From an uncultured Bacteroidales bacterium (lineage in GTDB: Bacteria > Bacteroidota > Bacteroidia > Bacteroidales > B18-G4), in the NCBI GenBank assembly GCA_963753835.1, contig CAVWDP010000002.1, positions 99,495-163,494 on the forward strand: a stretch of DNA of 64,000 nt. The letters run 5' to 3'. The notes beneath the pieces are model-generated. The model worked only from the letters and a program-made list of their open reading frames with translations. It searched no databases and had not been told where the DNA came from. The position numbers were made by a program, and so were the translations under genes. Shown piece by piece: positions 47,561 through 56,889 of this stretch. The stretch's first letter is position 1. Each line of letters starts with the position of its first letter.

Positions 47561-49636
47561 TTATTTTACTATCATTTTTTTTGAAACGCGTTCGTTTGCA
47601 ATAGTAACCGTGTAGAGATATACACCTGCTTCAAGATTGCTTACGTCAATGTTAACGCTCATGTTTCCGTTAATGATACCGGCATCTATTGTGCAAACAG
47701 TTTGTCCGATAATATTTGAAATCTTCAACAGTAACCGAAGCAACAGTTTCACTGCTAATCTCGATGGTTGTGATTAGCTGTAGCCGGATTTGGCAGGTTT
47801 TGAGAAACACTGATGTTTGATGGTCCTGAAAATTCATCTACACCAACAGGAATTGGTACAATTGCATCGAATGTTATACCAGTCTACATATTGAACATGA
47901 ATAGCATCCGCAGAGGCAACTAGTGTTAGTATAAAAATCATCAATATTAACAGCATTCACCATAGGAACAGTAAAAGTTTCATCATCAGCATTATAATAG
48001 GCATATTCAGCTGCCTGGATATACCAGTAATATTCAAAAGGAAATGTTGTACCGCAAGTAAAGCAAACAGCATCTGTATGTTCGCCAGTAGTTAAATTAT
48101 AAGACCAACCCTTTAAATCAGGCTTATAATTCTCCACTAACACGATCTCCTTCCGGTGAATCGGTCCATGTTACAAAGAATTCTTCTGAGCGTTCATCTT
48201 TAGTAAGTTGCAGTCTGTGCAGCCAGCCATCTGTGCCACAATACAATGAGTCATTTGGTTCCACTAGTAAGGGATTGAGCGGCATTTGACATCAATGAAT
48301 CAACCAACATAATATCAATTAATTCATCTCCAATGGTGAATTTAAACAGATACTACCAGCGCGATTATATCTGGAACCAATATTTTCGTTGTTAAATTCA
48401 TAATTATCCCAGTCATTAAGAAAGTCATGATAGTGGCTTGTCACATCACCAAATAATTGCAAATTCCCATCAGCATCAACTGCACCTGCAGTAGCATTGA
48501 ACCATGGAATAGCAAAATCTGTGAATTCTTCACATAGTATCTCTGACAGGGGAAAATTAACCAATCTGTGGGCTCTTCTGCGCCATGTTTAAAAGAACTT
48601 CCTGCCAATCATCATCCTAGGAAGTCAAGTTCAAGTTATCCCAATTACCTCCGCCATCAGTGGTTTTAAAAACAATTGGTTGGTAACCGGTTTCCGCATT
48701 TTCATAGTTGCACCAGCCATCCATGCATATCCAATCATGCCATCATCTGACCAAACAATACCTGCTGCCTACATCAGAAAAGGTCCATTTACCAGCCCAC
48801 ACGGCATCATCACCAGATTAAGATCAAAAGGCATATCGTATAGACAGAATCTTCCAGTAACCCAGTCAAATCCGGTACCATTGTAATTTCCTGTGATATC
48901 TTCCAATTTAAATTGATGTAAAAGCAGCCCAGTCCTCCTGCAGTCATAAGTATTAAAGCACTTTATGATATCTTCTTTTTGGGTTAATCCAAAGTGATTG
49001 TAATATCCATCATATATCATGCGTGTTTTCAAAATATTCGGTAAAATAATTAGCACCACCAAAGGTACTTGCATCCGAACGCCTGGTTGTCCCAATCTGC
49101 CAGGTGCCTAGGATTATCAGGAGCAACACCCTGGTACACACCATAAGCATTTGCTACAACGGCATTGCCGCTTGGGTTATAAATAATACCTGTTAAGTAA
49201 TAATTACGCAATTCTCAGCGCTTAAATCTGAAAGAAGTACAGGTCCGGTCCATGTCAGGCCATGATCCTCGGAATAGAAGATTCCAACAGATCCGTCACT
49301 TAAAGCAATACCTGGATAAGTTTCTTCATCCAGGATAAAAGACATAGCTTATCAAATCCAGATCTTTATTATAAGATAATAACTCTATATCCTTCACGAC
49401 GAAAAGATCTTTGGCTATGCGCTATTCCAACAGGAACTTTCACAATGTCACCTGCCACTTGCTTTATAATCATTAGTATAATTGGAGGCATTGTTCTGCA
49501 TGGTGGAATTGGCTCTTTGATATTCACTTTCAAGAACTTTCAATTGAGCATCCACTTGAACTCTTGCAGTAGCATTTTGGGCATGTGCACCCATAATAAA
49601 GAATGCTGCCACTAATAATAGTAATAGTTTTTTCAT
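47561..49636 (-). pseudogene. Heavily degraded gene for a large secreted T9SS cargo protein (at least 4 frame changes)
   Basis: The signal peptide ORF 49448..49636 (MKKLLLLLVAAFFIMGAHAQ), fragments 48769..49095, 48319..48564 and 47874..48143, and the CTD fragment 47561..47752 (LEAGVYLYTVTIANERVSKKMIVK) fall in different frames with gaps between them. Confidence 0.7.
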
Positions 49637-49796
49637 GTGTTTAATTTTAAGTAGTTAGAATGATATCAAAGATAGGAAATTTCTATCCAATTAAACGTCA
49701 GGCAAATTGATACACCTTGAAATTCATGATGGAGGACTTCAAAATGCTTAAAAATTTAAATTACCAAAAGTTGTTATTAAGATCAACGATTGCCAA

Positions 49797-50042
49797 CCCA
49801 CTTTTTGATATTTGATATTTGATATCTGATACCTGATATTTGAAGTTTTTCTGCTTCGCCAGTAAAGCACTACCGGTCATCCTGCATCGCCCGCTGAAGC
49901 TTTAGCGTAGGCGGGAGAGTCGCGGAGCTTTTCCACCTTCGCTAATGCTACAGTGGATGATTGAAGCGGTGGAAGGACCTCCTGGCTGTGTGCCACTCGC
50001 TATTATAGAGCACCAAACAATAAAGCCCCAAGTTCCAAACAG
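49797..50042 (+). repeat. Modular intergenic repeat, copy 12 (A-B-C-short multi-stem-E)
   Basis: CTTTTTGATATTTGATATTTGATATCTGATACCTGATATTTGAAGTTT, CTGCTTCGCCAGTAAAGCACTACCG, GTCATCCTGCATCGCCCGCTGAAGCTTTAGCGTAGGCGGG, TTCCACCTTCGCTAATGCTACAGTGGA, GAAGGACC and CTCCTGGCTGTGTGCCACTCGC. Confidence 0.85.
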
Positions 50043-50243
50043 AAAATTCTGCATGCTCAATTAAAATTTTTAGTAGTTTTGCAAACGGCTGATCTTGAGG
50101 GAAGCGCCCAGTCAGCCAAACCTAAACCTACCTACCCTTAATTCCAAGTGAATTTAATTTTAGATTTGGAAACCAGATCTATTATTGTATAATTATATCT
50201 GGTAAAGAATCAGACAAGACCGGATTAATAAATATTCAAAACA

Positions 50244-51383
50244 ATGAAAAACATTACACTTAGCATCCTGATCGTTCTGACCCAAACACTTCTTTTTGCG
50301 CAATGCCCACCAGGAGATCTGATCATCTTTTCATCGCAGGCCCAGATCAATGAGTTTCAAACCTATTACCCCAATTGTACTGAGTTAGATGCAGATGTGG
50401 TAATCAGTGGTGGCAGCATTGTTAATTTATATGGATTGAATAAGATCACGTCTATCACAGGCAATCTTAGCTTCCTTTACAACCAGACACTTTATAACTT
50501 GCAGGGATTGGAAAGCCTGACTTCGGTCGGGGGCAACCTGGTATTTCTGGAGAACTATGTCATGTTAAACCTAACAGGACTTCAAAGTGTTTCCTCCGTA
50601 GGAGGGGATCTTGTCATCAGCACGAATAATTTGCTGAACAGCCTTAATGGGCTGAATAACCTGACCACAATAGGAGGTGATTTCTATGTAGGCTATAATG
50701 CCAAGGTGGATAATTTTACAGGATTTGATAACCTGGTCTCTGTAGGAAATAGTCTTCAAGTTGAACATTGTTCAGTCCTGTCCAGCCTGATGGGGCTTGA
50801 AAGTCTTGTTTCTGTAGGGGGCTCTCTTTTAATTGAATATAACGATACTCTGGCCTCACTGACGGCTCTGGAAGCCTTAACTTCTATCGGGGGAGACCTT
50901 TCCATCAGAAGCAATTATGCCCTGAATAGCCTGTCCGGATTGGATAATATTGATGCGGCTTCAATCAACAACTTATCCTTTTATTCCAACACCTCATTGA
51001 GCAGCTGTGAAGTCATTAGCGTATGCACTTATCTGGCTGATCCCAATGGCGGTATCACCATTCTTAATAATGCCACAGGTTGTAAAAACAAAGCGGAGGT
51101 TGAAGCGGCTTGCGAGCTGGTATCCGTATATGAGCAGAAACAGAGAAACAGCTTATCCATCTACCCAAATCCTGCATATTCCATCATTACAATTGATCTG
51201 GCAAACACGCCATCTCAAAATGCTTTTCTGACAATTTCAAACACCAGTGGGCAGCAGCTCATTACACAAATTGTATCGGATTCCAAGACCCAAATCGACA
51301 TCAGTCGATTGCCAAAAGGCATTTATATTGTCAAAATGCAGCTTGGAAAAGACCTGCTTAATAGGAAGCTGGTTGTGAATTAA
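50244..51383 (+). CDS. Leucine-rich-repeat (receptor L-domain/BspA-like) protein with T9SS C-terminal sorting domain
   Basis: 379 aa with a signal peptide. About 10 repeats LxxLxSIGGxLxIxxNxxLxSLxGL. CTD SIYPNPAYSIITI...LPKGIYIVKM...KLVVN. Confidence 0.75.
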   Translation: MKNITLSILIVLTQTLLFAQCPPGDLIIFSSQAQINEFQTYYPNCTELDADVVISGGSIVNLYGLNKITSITGNLSFLYNQTLYNLQGLESLTSVGGNLVFLENYVMLNLTGLQSVSSVGGDLVISTNNLLNSLNGLNNLTTIGGDFYVGYNAKVDNFTGFDNLVSVGNSLQVEHCSVLSSLMGLESLVSVGGSLLIEYNDTLASLTALEALTSIGGDLSIRSNYALNSLSGLDNIDAASINNLSFYSNTSLSSCEVISVCTYLADPNGGITILNNATGCKNKAEVEAACELVSVYEQKQRNSLSIYPNPAYSIITIDLANTPSQNAFLTISNTSGQQLITQIVSDSKTQIDISRLPKGIYIVKMQLGKDLLNRKLVVN

Positions 51384-51395
51384 GAGAACAGCATT

Positions 51396-51483
51396 AAAGG
51401 GGCGTACCTAGTGCAGCCCCTTCTTGATATTTGATATCTGATATTTGAAGTTTGAAGCTTCTGCTCCGCCAGTGAAGTACTAA
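51396..51483 (+). repeat. Modular intergenic repeat, copy 13 (T-A-B only; ends at the stop of the next gene)
   Basis: AAAGGGGCGTACCTAGTGCAGCCCCTTCTTGATATTTGATATCTGATATTTGAAGTTTGAAGCTTCTGCTCCGCCAGTGAAGTACTAA. It may also act as the terminator for 50244..51383. Confidence 0.85.
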
Positions 51484-53808
51484 TTATAAGTTGCCTTGCA
51501 TTGATTCCTCCAACTGTCTTGCATAGCCTAAAAAGGTCTCGGTATCCATTTCTTTATAAAAGACCAATCCATGAGCAGCCCGCAGCCGGGGGTTGTCATT
51601 CTCATAAAAATAGTTTTTCCCAAGCAGCAGCTGGATGTGTTTCATCTGTTCGATCCATATCCGCTGCGAAAGCGTGCTGAATTTCCCATCAAAGCGGTAG
51701 CTTGGAAAAGAAGCATCCACCTGGCTCAGATAGCAATCGGCAAAGGCATCTTCCAGAATAGCCAGGGAGTTTAAGGAAACCGGCACGATCACATCTGCTT
51801 CAGCAGGGTGGAACTGGTACCAGACATTCCGGTATCCAAGAATACGCAGATCATTTACTCCTTCTTCATCCTGCCACATGCGGATGGCTTCTGCCACTAC
51901 CTGCAGCACCTTATAATGTGTGTCGGGCCCGCTGCCTTCCGGATCAAGTGCTACACTGATAATCGTCGGCTTGATCTTCTTCAGCATATTCAGTACAGGC
52001 ATGACATCACGTTCCGGCACAGGCTGTTCAGTGAAGATGTCGCCGGTGTAAAATCCCAGCCTCAGATGATGCACATTTTTCACCTGAACGCCAAAGTGAG
52101 CCCATACCAGCTCTTCTTCAAATTCGCGCAGCATTCCTTTTAACTGTTGGATCTCGGAAGAGTTTTTTTCACCGTCATAGGCATCCTTAAGTTCCTTGAT
52201 CACTCCCTTTACTTTCTTTCTGAGGGAGGCAACATCCTGCACCTGATAAATATCAACAATAGCCCTGACCATACGATGACTCAAGCCCCGTCTTCTTTCA
52301 TGGGGTTCTCCTGATGCCACCTTGTCGAGATAATGGTACACATCTTTATCCCACTTTAGCTTATAACCCGTTTCAAAAAAGTCGGGATAGTTGAGCATTT
52401 GTATCTTACCCTCACCCATGAACTGTAGAATATCAGTAAGGGCATGGATGATGAACTTATTGGTAATGGCAGTAAAGCCTGAGGTGAGGATGGTAAAGTC
52501 AAAAGTATTGGATGCCTGGCGCAGCTGTTGTGCCACAGAAGGCAAGATCCCGAGCATGATATCGTCGTGGTGGGGACCAGTATGGAAATACCGCTGCTCT
52601 TTTTCTTTGATCATTCCCCGCCTGATCTTCTCCTTGAACCTTCCGATTACATCATCAATGGTGTTTTTATTAATCCCCGGGATCAGTCTGCAATACTCAT
52701 CGTATTTCAGGTCATTGAGGGTGAGATGATGGCCATACTTATCAATTTTTTTCACCAGGTCCAGCACTGCTCGTTCGGTTTTTACCTGAGTCCATTCACC
52801 GTCCCTGTAATATGCATCAATACTGTCGGTGAGTTTGACCGAGGCTCCTTTCGTGAGGTAAAAACGCGCATTCTTGAGCTTATGTAAGGCCGTGGCCGGA
52901 TAGGCAATGCTTGCTTCTTCTTCCATGGCATGCTGAATAACATCTGCCTTTGCTTCCCCGGCTGCAATGATGATTGCCACAGCATCAGCTTTGTAGGTGA
53001 TCGTACGAAGCCCAATGGTGATCACCAGCCTGTTTCGGGCTATTTCTATCCCCCCAAGGTCACCGGCAGCAACAGCCTGTGTTTCAAAATTTGTTTCCGT
53101 TAATCGGGTAGTTGAATAGTGATCAGATCCACGGATGTTAAAAGCAATATGGCCGTCGGGCCCAATGCCACCAAGGAAAAAACCAATACCACCTTTTTCC
53201 CTGATCTTTTGCTCATAGGATGCGCACCAATCATCGATCATCAGGATTGATTGCTTCTGAATTTCCTCAAAGGTACTGGCGGCTTCACGATATCTTAATG
53301 ACAGGTCGACACATTGATCAGGGAATACATCCCGGTATGAGCGACCCTCATAAAGTGGAATCTCATCGGTATTGATCATAAGGGCTTTGTCAGGGTCCAA
53401 CCCGAAACCCTTAATATAATATTCGCTGATATAATAGGAGAAACTGTTGTGCTGTGTTGGATCAATGGGATAAAATTCATCGATCTGTACAAAGTGTAAT
53501 CCTCCCAGACCAGGTTTGCTGATATCTCCTAAACCATATTTTTTGCGGATGGATTTCCCTTTTTCATCATCCCAGTGATCCAGTAGGAACCTAACCCATC
53601 GTATGAAGTATTCCGGTGTTTTTCCTGTGGGCAGACTGATAATCCCATCAGGGTTTTCTGACACCCATTCCAGGAATCGCAATGCAGTTAAAAAGCCTAA
53701 CTGTGGGAAATTTTCAACAACAATATAAGGGATAAAGACCCTACTGCCTGAAATTTTGCTTTTTTCATAAAAGTGTTGCTCAACGGAGGAAAAATGTTGG
53801 GTTTCCAT
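51484..53808 (-). CDS. Glucosamine-6-phosphate deaminase (NagB)-like domain fused to LmbE/PIG-L-like domain and C-terminal extension
   Basis: 774 aa. The N-terminus has ISLPTGKTPEYF and GGIGPDGHIAFN (NagB/6-phosphogluconolactonase fold). The middle has HTGPHHDDIMLG (PIG-L motif). Long forms of this fusion are recalled from Bacteroidota. Confidence 0.7.
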   Translation of the reverse strand: METQHFSSVEQHFYEKSKISGSRVFIPYIVVENFPQLGFLTALRFLEWVSENPDGIISLPTGKTPEYFIRWVRFLLDHWDDEKGKSIRKKYGLGDISKPGLGGLHFVQIDEFYPIDPTQHNSFSYYISEYYIKGFGLDPDKALMINTDEIPLYEGRSYRDVFPDQCVDLSLRYREAASTFEEIQKQSILMIDDWCASYEQKIREKGGIGFFLGGIGPDGHIAFNIRGSDHYSTTRLTETNFETQAVAAGDLGGIEIARNRLVITIGLRTITYKADAVAIIIAAGEAKADVIQHAMEEEASIAYPATALHKLKNARFYLTKGASVKLTDSIDAYYRDGEWTQVKTERAVLDLVKKIDKYGHHLTLNDLKYDEYCRLIPGINKNTIDDVIGRFKEKIRRGMIKEKEQRYFHTGPHHDDIMLGILPSVAQQLRQASNTFDFTILTSGFTAITNKFIIHALTDILQFMGEGKIQMLNYPDFFETGYKLKWDKDVYHYLDKVASGEPHERRRGLSHRMVRAIVDIYQVQDVASLRKKVKGVIKELKDAYDGEKNSSEIQQLKGMLREFEEELVWAHFGVQVKNVHHLRLGFYTGDIFTEQPVPERDVMPVLNMLKKIKPTIISVALDPEGSGPDTHYKVLQVVAEAIRMWQDEEGVNDLRILGYRNVWYQFHPAEADVIVPVSLNSLAILEDAFADCYLSQVDASFPSYRFDGKFSTLSQRIWIEQMKHIQLLLGKNYFYENDNPRLRAAHGLVFYKEMDTETFLGYARQLEESMQGNL

Positions 53809-53947
53809 GGCCTAAGGGTGAAGTTGATCCTACAATATGTGTGCATGCGTTTAGGGAGAATAAAGATAGGGATAATTCGCATGTAAAGCCTGCTTGGACC
53901 GGAATTTGAAAGGTTTTAATTTTTGTAACTTTGCCTGCATACATCAT

Positions 53948-55210
53948 ATGACGAACAAAGGAATAATAGCGCTGTTTTTCTTTATTTTAGTTTCCGGAGG
54001 ATTTACCACATCCCATGCCCAGGGAAGCTGGGAAGTTGTTGATTTACCTACGGAGCAACACCTTCGATCGGTATATTTTACCGATAGTCTTTATGGTTGG
54101 GCCGTGGGGGATACAGGCACTATTGTTCATACTAATGATGGAGGAGAAAGCTGGACAGTACAGGATGCAGGAACTGCAAACAAGATCGTTCATGTTTTTT
54201 TTCTTGACCGGCAAACTGGCTGGGCATCTTCATGGAACTATACAGGCTTTTTTGGCACCTTACTACTTAAAACCACCAATGGCGGAGCAACATGGATTGC
54301 AGAGCCTTATCCTGAAGACAATATCTTTATGAATTGCATCCTTTTCCTGGATTCCCTGACGGGATGGATGGGCGGAAGTCCGCATGCCCTGGTAAAAACA
54401 ATTGATGGAGGACAAAGCTGGATCCAGGCATCTATTGACACCAGTGCCCTGGCATTTTTCCCTGTGTTGAATGTGTATTTTTATGATGAAGATCATGGCT
54501 ATGCCTGTGGGGGGATGTTCGATATTGCCGGTGTTACCTGGAGCACATCCAACGGTGGAGAAATCTGGTATCCCATCAATAATGAAGATGCCCCTGCCGA
54601 TGAAGTGCATGGGATGCATTTGTTTGGCCCGCTCAATGTTCAGGGTGCGGGAGGCGATCCGGATCAGGGCTATGGTGTAGCCATGATACGAACAAGTAAT
54701 GGTGGTGTCGATTGGGATTATGAAGAGTTGTCGATGCCGGGAAATGCCTTCGACATTGATTTCAGGAATAATACAGAGGCCTGGGCACCCTTAGGGCCCC
54801 AGCAAAACCTGATCTACAGCCTGGATGCAGGCATCAGCTGGACTCAGATCCCATGTCCGGAAAATGTTTCCATTTTTGATATGATTTTTCCGGATAGCCT
54901 CCATGGATATGCTGTGGGCTATCACGGAGCATTTATTAAATATAAACCCCAGGGAGTGGGAGTTGAGGAACATGATGGATTGGATATTGGAATGAGGATC
55001 TTTCCCAATCCTGCATATCAACAGCTTGTAGTTCAGTTTGACCTGAGAACTGGAGAGGGGGAGAACTGGAGAGGGGGAGAGATAAAATTCATTGACAACT
55101 ACGGGAGGATTGTAAAGAAGATTATTCTGAATGATCTTTCAGGTGGAGAAACCCTGGTCAGTGTAGATGTTTCCGGTCTTCCTGCGAGGGGTATACATTT
55201 GCAAGCTTGA
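53948..55210 (+). CDS. Ycf48/BNR-like beta-propeller protein with T9SS CTD (CTD tail appears frame-damaged)
   Basis: Start at MTNKGIIALFFFILV. Repeats TNDGGESWTV, TTNGGATWIA, TIDGGQSWIQ, TSNGGEIWYP, SLDAGISWTQ. The CTD begins RIFPNPAYQQLVVQF. After 55185 the expected GVYICKLDT...HKKLILR is split over other frames. Confidence 0.7.
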   Translation: MTNKGIIALFFFILVSGGFTTSHAQGSWEVVDLPTEQHLRSVYFTDSLYGWAVGDTGTIVHTNDGGESWTVQDAGTANKIVHVFFLDRQTGWASSWNYTGFFGTLLLKTTNGGATWIAEPYPEDNIFMNCILFLDSLTGWMGGSPHALVKTIDGGQSWIQASIDTSALAFFPVLNVYFYDEDHGYACGGMFDIAGVTWSTSNGGEIWYPINNEDAPADEVHGMHLFGPLNVQGAGGDPDQGYGVAMIRTSNGGVDWDYEELSMPGNAFDIDFRNNTEAWAPLGPQQNLIYSLDAGISWTQIPCPENVSIFDMIFPDSLHGYAVGYHGAFIKYKPQGVGVEEHDGLDIGMRIFPNPAYQQLVVQFDLRTGEGENWRGGEIKFIDNYGRIVKKIILNDLSGGETLVSVDVSGLPARGIHLQA

Positions 55211-55298
55211 CACTTAGAGATAGTCAGGGAACAAGTTTTTGGCTTCACAAAAACTGATTTTAAGGTAAGAATACCATTTTGCAGCTTTGAAGTGGCCG

Positions 55299-56886
55299 TC
55301 AACACTCAGGGAACAGATATATATACCGGGCTTTATCCCCATAAGCTTCCTGCATCAAAATGAGTTTCATACTTCCCCGCCCGGGAAGTATCCATCTACC
55401 AGTAACCTTAATCTCTTTTCCCCACTGGTCATATACGCTCAATATAATTTGTGCAGCCTCCTTAAGCAAATACCTGATGCTTGTGCGTCCATTGAAAGGG
55501 TTGGGCCTGTTTTGCAGTAATTCAAACGAAGACTCTTTTTGTATCGTTTCTCTCAGGGAGTTCAGGGAGGAGAAGTCGATGGGCACAGTCCATATCTGGT
55601 ATACACCACTTGAGTTGTCCATCCACACCGGACAGAGCTTGCTGTCGGTGGAGGTGATGTCGATATTATCGCCCTGGTATCCCTGGCCAAGCCCGCCAAT
55701 GGGTTCGGGTTTGTAGTTATGGTCACTGATCTCATATTCTATCCAGCTATCCCCACCATCAGTGGAACGTGCAAGAGATACTCCTGCCGAGTCGGATGTA
55801 GTATTTCTGTCATCATAAAAGATGATATCCAATGCACCGAAACGGTCGACATGTGCTGCAGGGGAAAATTGTGTTTTGCCGTTATCAGGAATGTCCTGGT
55901 TTACCCTGATTGCATCCGACCAGTAATGCCTCCATCTTCCGATCGGTTGAGGATGATATCAGGGTCGGTACCTGCAGGAGGCAGGTTTTTTTGCCCCGTT
56001 ACGAATATAGATCCACCCCTGTCTTTCGCCGGAAGTAGTATCAACAGTTATTCCAGGCAGGCCATTCACCCTGATATTTCCTTTTTCGGGCAGCAGGCCG
56101 GTAATGCCATTCATACTAAAAGCATTTTCTTTTATATTCCAGTCGGCCCCGCCATTTGCTGAGGATGCAAAGCCAACATGGATTTCCTTAAAGGGGGAAA
56201 CATCACTAACTCCTGCCCAACAAACATAAACCTCACCATTCGGCCCTATACAGATATCGCCTCCGGCACTTCTGTTGGGAGGGTTGTTGATCTGTTTAGG
56301 ATCAGTCCAGCTTATGCCACCGTCATCTGTATAAGCCATCATCATGGGGAAAGGCGGTGCGAACTTTACCCAAACAGCATAGGTTCTTCCATAATAAGGG
56401 CTTGAAGGGAAATAATCCGTGGCCACAGAGGCCCTTTCCAGGTCGTCAGTAGAGATTACCTGTTGTGCCGACCATGTCAATCCCTGGTCAGTTGAGAAGT
56501 GAGAATACAATCCTGAAAATGGTGACCTGCCCAATCGGGTAAGGATAAATGTTCCATTCTTATCGATGGCAATACCCGGATCGCCCCCATGAAATGCTTG
56601 TGGTTCACCGGTACAGGTATCATTGCCCTGCCAGGAGCCCCCCCATCCATTGAAACATATATGCCCTCACTCACAAAGAATGGGATAAATGAAAGGGTGT
56701 TGCAGGAAGAAAAAGAATATTGTGATCCTGTGGGTTATTCACAATAAATACCTCTGTCTGGTTTACACTCCCTGGATGTAACCTGAAATTTTCCTCTGGT
56801 TCAAAGCTCAAATGATCGACCTGGGCCATCATGGTAAAGCATGACAGGAATAATACTATGTTGATATAAATATGCGGTTTCCTCAT
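55299..56886 (-). pseudogene. Degraded BNR/sialidase-like T9SS cargo gene (at least 3 frame changes)
   Basis: N-terminal signal ORF 56671..56886, then fragments 56477..56674, 55959..56534 (TDQGLTWSA, TDDGGISWTD, SSANGGADWN) and 55299..55832 (STDGGDSWIE plus CTD LLQNRPNPFNGRTSIRY) in different frames. Confidence 0.7.
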
Positions 56887-56889
56887 TGT

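Noticed and set aside
27267-51483. Regularly recurring repeats considered as a CRISPR array
   Set aside because: The repeat units are 90-640 bp mosaics, not 24-48 bp. Spacing is 0.5-5 kb and contains full genes. No cas genes are present.
27267-51483. Integron-like cassette array with the repeats as attC sites (B module contains GTTRRRY-like GTTAAGT/GTTGAGC/GTTAAGC)
   Set aside because: I found no matching RYYYAAC inverse core at attC distance to the left. B and E look like direct rather than inverted repeats of each other. No intI gene is present, gene orientation is mixed, and truncation points differ between copies. The cassette-like layout is kept only as an analogy.
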